A DNA stretch of 64,000 nt from Octopus sinensis (lineage: Eukaryota). A program made the position numbers and the translations under genes. Below are positions 53,196-64,000 of the stretch, in pieces. How positions within the stretch are numbered: position 1 is the first letter of the stretch; every line of letters begins with the position of its first letter. The notes below the pieces were generated by a model. The model searched no databases. It saw only the letters and a program-made list of their open reading frames with translations, and was not told where the DNA came from. The stretch is taken from assembly GCF_006345805.1 (NCBI RefSeq), contig NC_043021.1, positions 28,396,001 to 28,460,000 of the forward strand, given 5' to 3'.

Positions 53196-53671
53196 ATACA
53201 AACTGGGACAAGAACGCAAAACATTTAGAAGGCGATGCAAAAAACACGGACGGGACATTCGAAGCCTTCAATCTTCAGTCAAGAACCGGATCATCCTCGC
53301 AATTTCGGCTGATTAATCTTGAGATTGCTCCGATCTGGCCAGCCCCAAAGAAGAAAGCCTCGAATGTATACAAAACAAGGACGGAAAAACGGACGATGTT
53401 ACACGAATAAGAATACAAAAATATGTAAAAACAATAAGGATAATAATAATAACAAAAACAGGACGTTACATTCAGGCGTCTTTTGACAGGACGAGTAACC
53501 TCTGAGCTGGCGTGTTAGAAAAATGCCTTAGGGCAGAGAGAGAGAGAAGAAAATGCCTTGCCGCACGAAAAGGCCGGCAATCGGTCAGTCAGTCACGTGT
53601 GAGGAGAAGAGAGAGAAAGAGAGGGACAGATGAAGAGAGAAAAAGGGAAACAAGGAACAAAAGAGGAGGAG

Positions 53672-53711
<40 letters not shown>

Positions 53712-53904
53712 AAGAGACAGATCAAAGTGGAATGCAAAGTGTGAAAGGCAGAGAAATGTAGGAGAGGGGGGAGAGACAGTGTTATAAAGTCGTAGCAAGT
53801 TTAAAGAAATATGTACTTACATATAAGACCAAAAACGGTACGTGCGTCGCTATATATATATATGTATTATATATGTATGTATATGCATATATATATATAT
53901 GTAT

Positions 53905-53971
<67 letters not shown>

Positions 53972-53990
53972 TATATATATATATATATAT

Positions 53991-54025
<35 letters not shown>

Positions 54026-54336
54026 GTATATATACATACATACATACATATATATACATATTTATATATCAGAAAAGCACTGGATATAACCGGGGAACTT
54101 GGATGCTGACATCCCTTTAAGAAAACAATCGCTGTAATGAAAACATAGGGATCTAAAATTTCAGGGTTGCAGGTCCGGATTCGGCCCAGAATGTTTTTAA
54201 ATTACTCACGGAGTCAGCCTGATTCCAGAATGGTATGATATGTTGGGCTACGGCCTTTTGGAGTAAAGTTGAACAAGTGTGACACACTGACATGCTGACA
54301 TTCACATTTATTATATTATATTATTATACTATATTG

Positions 54337-54690
54337 GGACGGCGCGCTGGCAGAAGCGTTAGCACGCCGGGCGAAATGCTTCGCGGTATTTCATCTGCCG
54401 CTACTTTCTGAGTTCAAATTCCGCCGAGGTCGACAAGGCCTTTCATCCTTTCGGGATCGATTAAATAAGTACCAGTTACGCACTGGGGTCGATATAATCG
54501 ACTTAATCCGTTTGTCTGTCCTTGTTTGTCCTCTCGGTGTTTAGCCCCTTGTGGGCAGTAAAGAAATAGGTATTTCGTCATATATCGCCGAGGTCGATTT
54601 GCTCTTCATCCTTTCGGGGGTCGATAAAATTTGTACTAGTTTCGCACTAGGGTTGATGTAATCGACTTAATCCCTTCCTCCACTAAATTT
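54337..54690 (+). mobile_element. SINE family B full copy plus partial tandem copy
   Basis: GGCGCGCTGGCAGAAGCGTTAGC..GAGTTCAAATTCCGCCGAGGTCGAC; unit restarts at CCGAGGTCGAT ~54587. Confidence 0.85.
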
Positions 54691-54708
54691 TTTGTCTCTC
54701 TTTCTTTC

Positions 54709-54756
<48 letters not shown>

Positions 54757-56224
54757 TCTCTTTCTCTGCCACCACCCTCACTGTGTCTATGCCTACTATC
54801 ACTCTCAACCCCCAACATGAGGAATAGTAGGAGTGCCATTGCATAGTAAAAGCGGGATTCTAAGTGTGACACACTGACACACAGAAATTAGTCTATTATA
54901 TTAACTATTCAACCAACTTATCGAATGCTTGATTATGCATTCGGTTAATCACTCAAATAGTTGTATTTCACTAAGTCCTTTCGTCTCCACCCATGACCTC
55001 TTCACTGACATGACCTCTTATGTGACATGACCTCTTTACTCCAGCTCAGCTACAGGTCTGTTATATCTGTGAAATTTGTTTGCCACACAAGCAATCCTAA
55101 ATTAATATTCCAGCATTCCGTCGACTATATGCAACTACGAATGTCCTTGCTGTCTCTATTTTCTGACAAATCATACAAATATATATTAACCAGTTTCCTC
55201 ACCAGGTCTTTCGTGACATCCCGATTATGTCTAAGGGTGAAACGCAGCAAAACAAAGAGTCAATTGAATTTTTAACAACCAGTTAAGACGAAAAAACAAA
55301 AAGATGCAGTGAATTATTTTTAACGCACACAAATGATGAAAACTTATAGAATAAAAAGCAATAAAAAATATATAGATATAAATTTATAATACAGTTGACA
55401 ATATATTGATCTTTTTGGCAAACCCTTCGATTAGGTAGCACAGATTTATTTATATATTTATATATAATTACATATTCACATATTTTTTAGAATTTCCTTT
55501 TTATGATCTCTCTAACAGGTGAATATCGATTGAGGCACAACAACAATGGAAGTAATGAAATATATAAAACATTTTTAATAAGATTTATTACGGAATAAAT
55601 ATCGTGGAAAAAAGAAAGAATTATATGAAAATTAATAAAATTTAGAAGAATGGAGAATCGAAAAACGAAATAAGTTTTTTTTCTCAAAAATACAATTCGT
55701 GGAGTTGTTTAAAAATGCAACAGTGAGCAAATTATGTGGAGAGATATCTAGTATTGGTTGTTGTTGTTGTTGTTGCTGTTGTTTTGTAGTTGTTGCTAGT
55801 GGTGATGATGATGTTGGCGACGAGGATGACGACGGCTACAAAGACGACGACGGTGAGTAAGATGATGTCAGCCTCGCCATTGCCGCCGTCGCCGGGGATG
55901 ATGATGATGATAATGATGATGAATGGGGAGGCGGGGGACAGAGAGGAAGAAAGGAAAAGAGGAGGAGGAAGATATTCAAGAGGAAAAAGTGGAGATGGTG
56001 AGAACCTTGACTAGTGACGTCATTGTTAATTCAATTTATTGTTATTGATTATCAGTTGTGTTGCTCTTAATTGGAAGGCGGTGGTGGTTTGGGGGTTGGG
56101 GGTTGGGGTTTGCTCCTATTGACACTATCCATTTCTGTTGCGTCAGTCTCCCTCTCTTTCTCCATGTCTCTCTCTCTTTCTTTGTCTCTCTTTCTCACTA
56201 TCTACCGTGTATGTATGTATGTAT

Positions 56225-56233
56225 GTATATATG

Positions 56234-56267
<34 letters not shown>

Positions 56268-56325
56268 TGTATGTATGTATGTATGTATGTATGTATGTAT
56301 ATATGTATGTATGTATGTATATATG

Positions 56326-56359
<34 letters not shown>

Positions 56360-56660
56360 TGTATGTGTATATGTATGTATGTATGTATGTGTATATGTAT
56401 GTATGTATGTATGTAAGTAAGTATGTATGTAAGTATGTATGTATATATGTATGTATGTATGTATATATGTATATATGTATGTATGTATGTATGTATGTAA
56501 GTAAGTATGTATGTAAGTATGTATGTATATATGTATGTATGTATGTATGTGTGTGTGTATGTATGTATGTATGTATGTATGTATGTATGTATGTGTATGT
56601 ATGTATATATATCTATTTATGTATATATATGTATGGATATATATGTATGTATGTATGTGT
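56225..56660. repeat. (TATG)n microsatellite
   Basis: Directly visible. Confidence 0.95.
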
Positions 56661-56810
56661 ATGTCGTCCGATCACCACTTGATACTGCTTCGTCGCTATT
56701 TATAATAATAATGATAACAAAAATAGCAACAGCAACAACAACAACACAACAACAATAATAATAATAACAACAACAACAACAACAATAATCACAACAACAA
56801 CAACAACAAC

Positions 56811-56867
<57 letters not shown>

Positions 56868-56869
<2 letters not shown>

Positions 56870-57392
56870 AAGTCAAGGTCAGCGAGGCGTATCAAAATAA
56901 GGGTGAAGATGGTGTGGAAATCCAACCTGAATTCCAAACATTTGCTTACCGCAATGAATATCTGGGCAGTTGCGATGGTCAGATATAGTGCGTCCATCCT
57001 CAAATGGACTAAGGAGGAAATATCAACACTGGATAGAAAGACGAGAAACTTGATGACGCTGCATCGGGCGCTACGCCCTAAAGCAAACGTAAACAGACTG
57101 TATATGAAAAGAAAGAATGGTGGCAGAGTACGAAAGAGAAAGACTATAGAATATGAAGAGGGTGAAGATAGTGCCAATTATTGTTGGGTTCTTGGAATCA
57201 GTATCAACAGACATCAAAGGGAATATAAAGGAAAAAAGAACTGTTACAAAAGGTTTGCCTCCTTGGCACGACAAGAATAATGAAAAAAAGTGTTAGATAG
57301 CTGCAGGGAATGGATTGCAGGGCACGGCTGCCGATAGCAAGCCCACTACGCATGTAAGACTCCAGGAGCTTCAACAAAACCTACGTGGAAGA
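56868..57392 (+). mobile_element. R4/Dong-clade non-LTR retrotransposon remnant (5'-truncated, internally deleted) in (AAT)n
   Basis: RVKMVWKSNLNSKHLLTAMNIWAVAMVRYSASILKWTKEEISTLDRKTRNLMTLHRALRPKANVNRLYMKRKNGGR, then across frames RL*NMKRVKIVPIIVG..ELLQKVCLLGTTRIMKK, 3'UTR and (ACT)n(AAT)n tail. Confidence 0.85.
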
Positions 57393-57405
57393 CTACTACT
57401 ACTAT

Positions 57406-57498
<93 letters not shown>

Positions 57499-57556
57499 GA
57501 ATAATAATATAATAATAATAATAATAATAATAAAATAATAATAATAATAATAAAAA

Positions 57557-58113
57557 AATGCCCTGATGCAGTACCAGGCAGTGGCTCTCATGGCTTCTGA
57601 TCTTAACTGATTGGAAGTGTTATCATGTACATTGTTTTGTCTTGGTATAAAAGATGGGCTACAGCAAATATTCTGCTCAATACCACAGATTTGCTTGTCA
57701 GTTGTTTGACCTTAACCAGTTGAGCATGCCTCCTTAGTGGCTGACGATATGTGCATCTCTGATCACGAGCAGAAGTAGTGGGGAGCATCATAGCCATGTG
57801 TTGAGAGGGATTCTTTGGGTTTTGAATAGTTCACCTCTGGAAACATGGGTGGTGCTTTCAACATCCTTAAGCAACCCTTATTCAGGGACCGTTTGAGCGG
57901 GATGGCTACTCAACCTGAAGAAAATTCTAACTGGGCCCCACCTGCAAGGTCATGTGCTGTTTATCTTGATATGAGATCACCATGTCGCGCACATATGGTT
58001 GTGTGATGCATGTGCCTGGTGTACCCTTATCAGCGGGTAGTCATGATGGGTATATTGGGCTTCGTATATTTTACCCCAGTGTCACTTTGATGGCATGCAC
58101 TGCTCTCTCACTC
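57557..58113 (+). mobile_element. ~555-bp element, full length
   Basis: Same ends and body as 41139-41692. Confidence 0.9.
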
Positions 58114-58165
<52 letters not shown>

Positions 58166-58168
<3 letters not shown>

Positions 58169-58274
58169 GCCCTGATGCTGTACCAGGCAGTGGCTTTCAT
58201 TGCTTTTGATCATAATTGATTGGAAGTGTTATCATGTACATTGTTTTATCTTGGTATAAAAGATGGACTGCAGC
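58166..58274 (+). mobile_element. ~555-bp element, 5' ~110 bp only
   Basis: (AAT)n-AATGCCCTGATGCTGTACCAGGCAG..., then breaks off. Confidence 0.85.
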
Positions 58275-58324
58275 TTCTTACAGCTTCTTACTACACAGTC
58301 ACAACTGCGCCTATTATATACGCT

Positions 58325-58457
58325 CTGTGTTCAAATTCCGCCGGAGTCGATAAATTAAGTACCAGTTACGCACTGGGGTCGATGTAATCGACTTAATCCG
58401 TTTGTCTGTCCTTGTTTGTCCCCTCTCTGCTTGGCCCCTTGTGGGTAGTAAAGAAAA

Positions 58458-58460
<3 letters not shown>
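58325..58460 (+). mobile_element. SINE family B 3' fragment
   Basis: GTTCAAATTCCGCC..GTACCAGTTACGCACTGGGGTCGATGTAATCGAC..CCCCTTGTGGGTAGTAAAG. Confidence 0.8.
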
Positions 58461-58491
<31 letters not shown>

Positions 58492-58990
58492 CCGGAGTAA
58501 ACATATAAATGTGAAACAAGGTGGAAAAAAGAGTACTCAAATACCAGAGGTAGAGTAATATGCTTTATTTTAAAAGCAGCAGAAAATCAACAAAACCTGT
58601 TAGTCTGAGTTTCACGTTCCCGTTCGTATGTATATATATATATATATTATAATAGAATATATATATATATAGTGTGTGTGTGTGTGTGTGGTGTGTGTGT
58701 GTGTGTGTGTGGTGCATATATACTGTGTGCGTATATATATGTATATATTTTGATCAATGTATACATTACTATAGATCCCTGGCAACCGATCTTAATCAGT
58801 TTCGCTCAGGATATCAGGTTATCAGACGATTATCTAATAACTGCGCTCGTCAGTGATAGCCGGTATGGAAACAATGTCGACTGCTCGTCTGATTATCTAA
58901 CATTCTCTCCTAAACTGATGGGTAAGATCGGCTGTAATCAATATGTAATACTGTTTACTTTAATTAATATATCTTCTCTGTACATATACA

Positions 58991-59090
58991 AGCACGCGCC
59001 TATTTTTTTCTTAATGTGGATTTTTAGACGGTTATATACAAGCACGCGCCTATTTTTTTCTTAATGTGGATTTTTAGACGGTTATATACA
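58991..59090. repeat. Exact 50-bp tandem duplication
   Basis: AGCACGCGCCTATTTTTTTCTTAATGTGGATTTTTAGACGGTTATATACA x2. Confidence 0.95.
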
Positions 59091-59508
59091 CAGACATATA
59101 TATATATTATAAGACAGATAGCAATCAGTCGAGACCGACCATAACGTTGCCGCATATTCCGTGGTTTCGGTTACAGTTAGTTACCTATGCAAGTGTATCT
59201 TACCTTGTTCCATGTTCTGGTTTGTTCTGTTGTTAGCGTACTTCGTATCGATATTGCTGCTATTAATGATGATGATGGGGAGAAGGAGGATGATGATGTT
59301 GAATAGAAGGATGACAACGACGGGGATGTTAAACGGGAAATTACGAAGAGAATAAAGATAAAGTGATGTGAGTGAGAAAACGAAAGTGGGACAAGAATGA
59401 AATGAAGGTTTATATAGCGATATATATGTGTGGCTATATTTAGAATCATGCGTGGATCTGCATTTGAATGCATAAGCAGATGTGTGTGTGTTTGCGTATA
59501 TATATATA

Positions 59509-60337
59509 CTAGCAGAATTGCCCGGCGTTGCTCGGGGCTGAATTGCTTGAAAGTACTGTTAATGATTGCACTGAATTATGATGATTATTCAGGCAAATAT
59601 TGAAATAAGCTTACGGTGGGAGATAAGGACTTAACGCCAAACGTGTGCCATTGCATTGTTTTGGGGGAACCAAATTTCTGATGAGCATTATAGGGGCACT
59701 AACTTTAAGTTTGAGAAAGTTGGTGGTAGTCCGGGGTGCTCAAAGGAATTGAGTACCTCTATTGGATAGTTGATGACGTCCTCTGGGTCAGGAGTTGTAT
59801 CGATAGACTGATATACATCGACTTCCCCATGAATGAGTTTTAGCATTTCATCATTAATATGGTGAACAGTTTTATTCCTCGGGGCCAGTATAGCCTTTTT
59901 GCCAATCCAATCCATATTCTGATAATTAGCTTGTAAATCTGGGAACACTGCATCTCTGAGATCAGAAGGCGTCTTAACAATGGTACAAATGGAATCGATG
60001 GCAATATTACCATTTTCATCCCCTCGCCAAGTGCAAGGAGAGTGTGAGGAAATGCTGGTGATGTGATATTACGTCGCATATGAGCACGCATATTGGTGTG
60101 AAGTTTGAGAGTTACTTCCGTTTATTTAAAAAAATATGCATTAAAATGGAAAAAAATGATGGTAAATTATTTGTAAAATCATAGACTCATCGTAGACGCG
60201 CGCTAATACCCAGAAGGGCTCGATATGAATCACGACTATAAGATACCCGGTTTTGGTTAAACTGCATCGCAAAATGTGGGAGTAGTTAGGAATCTAAATC
60301 GGAGTAGACAGACACACAACCTTTCTTTTATATATAA

Positions 60338-60338
<1 letters not shown>
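59509..60338 (-). mobile_element. Internally deleted Helitron carrying a helicase fragment
   Basis: 3' hairpin CCCGAGC-AAC-GCCGGG then CTAG|T at 59509; 5' end ..TATATATAAAAGAAAGG near 60338. Confidence 0.85.
59625..60095 (-). pseudogene. Helitron RepHel PIF1-like helicase fragment
   Basis: LLALGEG..VFPDL..KAILAPRNKTVHHIN..YQSID..YPIEVLNS..PGLPP, frameshift, LKVSAPIMLIRNLVPPKQCNGTRL. Confidence 0.85.
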
Positions 60339-60370
<32 letters not shown>

Positions 60371-60399
60371 CATACATGCATACATACATATACACATAA

Positions 60400-60973
60400 A
60401 CCGAGTAAAAAATTCAGTTCTCTCTCTTTCACACATTACTCTCTCTGTCTCTTCACACACACTAACAGAAGCACTTCACTTACACAACATACTGTCTGTC
60501 TCCCACACTCCATCAAACACACACACACATACCACATGTACATCAATGAGTCCCATGCACGGTAACTTCAAAGGAACTTCCCTCGTCATACAATCGCTTC
60601 TCTTAGTCTCTTTCGCTCTCATTACTTATGTAAAAAAATAAAAGTTTTTTCTATGTGTGAAAGAGGAAGTGGGAGGCAGAGTGAAAGAATCACTCACTAC
60701 AGTAAGTGAATTACTTTCATTTTATTCCTTGCCCACTGTGTGTGTGCGTTTGCGTGTGTGTAAACAGACTAAGAAAAGCATTTGACACACACACCAGAAT
60801 TGAGTTTTCTGTAAATTTTGCTTAATTGGAGTTTAAAATTTAAAAACTGGACCTGGCATGACGCGATGCATTGTACTCTTAAAACTGCTAGGTAAATTGT
60901 AATTGAAGAAATCCTATATTGTAGATTTGTATAACTCCCAAAGGGAGGCAGATAAAATCTGCCTTTTATAATA

Positions 60974-60976
<3 letters not shown>
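60400..60976 (-). mobile_element. 5' portion of a second Helitron family
   Basis: Minus strand A|TCTTATTATAAAAGGCAGATTTTATCTGCCT start; no own 3' hairpin/CTRR seen. Confidence 0.55.
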
Positions 60977-61013
<37 letters not shown>

Positions 61014-61540
61014 AACATCTATTTCTCTCTCTTTTTCCTGGTTTTTGTCTCTGTCTATTAGTCTGTGTTTTTGTCTGTCTCTGTATATACCATAATACAC
61101 ACGCACATATACACACACACTATATATATACATACACATATATATATATCATGCATATATACATATATATATATCATGTATATATATTATATATATATAT
61201 ATATATTATATTAAATTGGAGATAAAACCACTATTAGGCAAATCAAACAATGTAAAACATAAGCCAACACATAAAATCAATTAATTTATATTATTTTAAA
61301 TATATTTCAAAAGTATTAAAAGTTTAATAAAAGATAAGCAATAATTAATCTCTGAGCGAGATGTAAACAGTAGCAGCACGGCTTAGTGAAGTATATTTGC
61401 CATCTAAATATGGCTGACCCATGACCCATATGGGACGATGCTGCTATAGTATATAGCCCTAGGAAGACATCTCCTCCAGCTGGCTAACGACACACTGTCT
61501 GTGCCTGATCAGTATTTGCGAAGTGAAATCTTCGTTCCCA

Positions 61541-61584
<44 letters not shown>

Positions 61585-61991
61585 GGCGCAGGAGTGGCTG
61601 TGTGGTAAGTAGCTTGCTTACCAACCACATGGTTCCGGGTTCAGTCCCACTGCGTGGCACCTTGGGCAAGTGTCTTCTACTATAGCCTCGGGCCGACCAA
61701 AGCCTTGTGAGTGGATTTGGTAGATGGAAACTGAAAGAAGCCCGTCGTATATATGTATATATATATATATATATGTGCGTGTGTGTTTGTGTGTCTGTGT
61801 TTGTCCCCCTAGCATTGCTTCACAACCGATGCTGGTGTGTTTATGTCCCTGTCACTTAGCGGTTCGGCAAAAGAGTCCGATAGAATAAGTACTGGGCTTA
61901 CAAAGAATAAGTGCCGGGGGCCAGTGGCTCGATTAAAGGTGGTGCTCTACCATGGCCGCAGTCAAATGACTAAAACAAGTAAAAGACTAAA

Positions 61992-61995
<4 letters not shown>
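61585..61995 (+). mobile_element. tRNA-derived SINE, family A (best-preserved copy)
   Basis: A-box-like TGGCTGTGTGG, B-box-like GGTTCAGTCCC, conserved body, (TA)/(TG) middle, AAAAGA tail. Confidence 0.9.
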
Positions 61996-62048
<53 letters not shown>

Positions 62049-62164
62049 TAGGAATGGTATTATTAAAATACCATCACAAATGGTAAGCGAATTATCAGCC
62101 GTACAGGCAAGTTAATAAAATATACATATACAATATTAGATATGTATAGTATATATATTGGTAA

Positions 62165-62372
62165 AACGGTTAAGATAACAAAAGAAAGAGACCTCAATAT
62201 TATGTAAATAGAGGAAATTTATCTATAAAATAATATGTTACATTACTCGATAGTCAAGATAAAACTCTGAGCCAGATAACCGAAGAGATGGCGTTGTGGA
62301 TTCCCACTTCGGCATCTGAAACTCAGAGTTTTATCTTGACTATCGAGTAATGTAACATATTATTTTATAGAT
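62165..62372. mobile_element. Penelope-like unit with perfect 51-bp inverted repeats and hammerhead motif at 62275-62335 (+, U4C)
   Basis: 62221-62271 mirrors 62322-62372; GATAA-CCGAAGA-GATG...CATC-T-GAAAC-TCAGA-GTT-TTATC. Confidence 0.65.
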
Positions 62373-62391
62373 ATATATATATATATATATA

Positions 62392-62477
<86 letters not shown>

Positions 62478-62850
62478 TTACATATATAATTATAATTATA
62501 ATTATGATTATAATACTAGGGAATATAATTCAAACTTATAGGGAAAAATTCAATTTAGCAATTCCAAATCAAATTTCACAATATATAATATATATATATA
62601 TATAATTAAGAGAAATAACCTCTGAGTGATTCAATAGTCAAATACTTTATCTATATCATATAAAAAAAATTTTGTATACGATAAATATTATTTTAAAAAG
62701 TCACTAAATTAAATAAAATTATAGTTTTATTTAATTTAGTGATTTTGTAAATCATATTTATAGTATATTTCAATTTTTCTATATGTTATAGATAGTCTTT
62801 CACTATTGAATTACATAATAGAGGTTTTTTCTCTTAATTATACACACACA

Positions 62851-62881
<31 letters not shown>

Positions 62882-64000
62882 GCGCACACACATATATATA
62901 TTATAAGATCCAAGGCGTAGGTGTAGGAAGTCAGTAATTTTCGAGCAGTCCGTGGTAGGTATAGAAAACTACTCTCTGGAACAATAACAGTTCATTGATC
63001 AAGAATGTGGCAGGTTTTTCCCATATCGAAGTTCGATAAGCTGAAAAAAGTGTTTTTGTATCGGTCACAGTTAGCAACCAATGTTGCTATGAATGCGAAT
63101 AAAAATCCGAATTGATACAATGGAGTAGGTAAAAGCCGGGCTGCATATGTTTTCTAGCATGCAGAACCTCGGATGTAGATTCCAGTTTAATGTTCATGAC
63201 CTTTCCCTCGGTCAGCATCAATCTCATCTAAAGTTTCCTTTCTCCTTCTCTCCTTTTCTTATTCTTAACAAACTTAGGCAATTGTCCCCTCCCATATTTT
63301 TTACCTCTTACTTTTCTATTACCGTCCCTTTTATTTATTCATATGTTTTTCTATTTTGTGTTTTTTCACTCCGCTTTTCCGGCTTCACTTATTTTAAATT
63401 TCATCTCCGGCAAGTTGACGATAATGTAGCCATTTAACTAAAGTACCTTTGACCTCATATGTTCCTAGTATAGTAGCCTTAGTCGAATAGTTATTACTTC
63501 CGACGTTCTGCGAGCTGGGAAACATACGTGGCTTGGATTTATCTTCTGTATTCTCTCAATATATATATATATATATGTTTGTGTGTGTGTGGTGCGTATA
63601 TGTGTATGTATTTGTGTGATTGTGTGTCTGTGGGTGTGGATATATATGTAGTAGCTATGGATTGTTTTTAAGCGAGAGAATGTGTGTGTTCGTTGTGTGT
63701 ATGCGTGTGTCTTTGCCAATGTGAGTGTAACTTTACATTGAAAAGTTATATTCGCAAATTGTAAAATACAAAGTTTGAAAAATCTAATACAAGCAAAAAA
63801 GCTTGACAAATTCATAGGTTATTGGCATTCGGTGAAAGCAACCTTTTACCCGCTCCCCTTTCATTTGTATTTATTTTTACCATTCTCGAACAATGAAACA
63901 TAGCATGATATTGGCTTTGACGTGTATCAGCTAGGGGGCTGGAATCTAAAGAAATTCTATATTAGTCAATTCCATACTGGATAAGATCAAAAAATTAGCG

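Noticed and set aside
53190-53420. Additional hammerhead in a Penelope-like unit
   Set aside because: CTGAAGA and GAAA are in the wrong order or incomplete; could not fold.

Overview
AT-rich, microsatellite-dense animal genomic DNA. I found no supportable host protein-coding gene, rRNA, tRNA gene or CRISPR array. The repeat families resemble those I recall from Octopus/coleoid cephalopods; this is an inference and no search was run. Almost every ORF in the supplied track is a translation of simple repeats. Real coding remnants all belong to transposons: a near-complete DD34D mariner (21571-22805), a DD37D/maT remnant, a deleted mariner, an RTE 3' end, an R4/Dong-clade retrotransposon inside (AAT)n, and a Helitron PIF1-helicase fragment. 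There are also about 25 copies of four tRNA-derived SINE types. Two patterns stand out. (1) Several unrelated non-coding, often fold-back, Penelope-like elements carry minimal type I hammerhead ribozyme motifs. Cores are intact at 13355-13397(-), 3404-3480(-)/3625-3701(+) and 51752-51813(-). Single-hit decayed copies occur at 7022, 19409, 37627, 38671 and 62275, and one family has a fixed A9C-type variant core. (2) A ~555-bp non-coding element with fixed ends occurs only inside (AAT)n tracts, next to R4/Dong remnants, and may be a microsatellite-homing non-autonomous partner. All coordinates and structures were read by eye and may be off by a few bases. Irregular microsatellites may partly reflect sequencing error.
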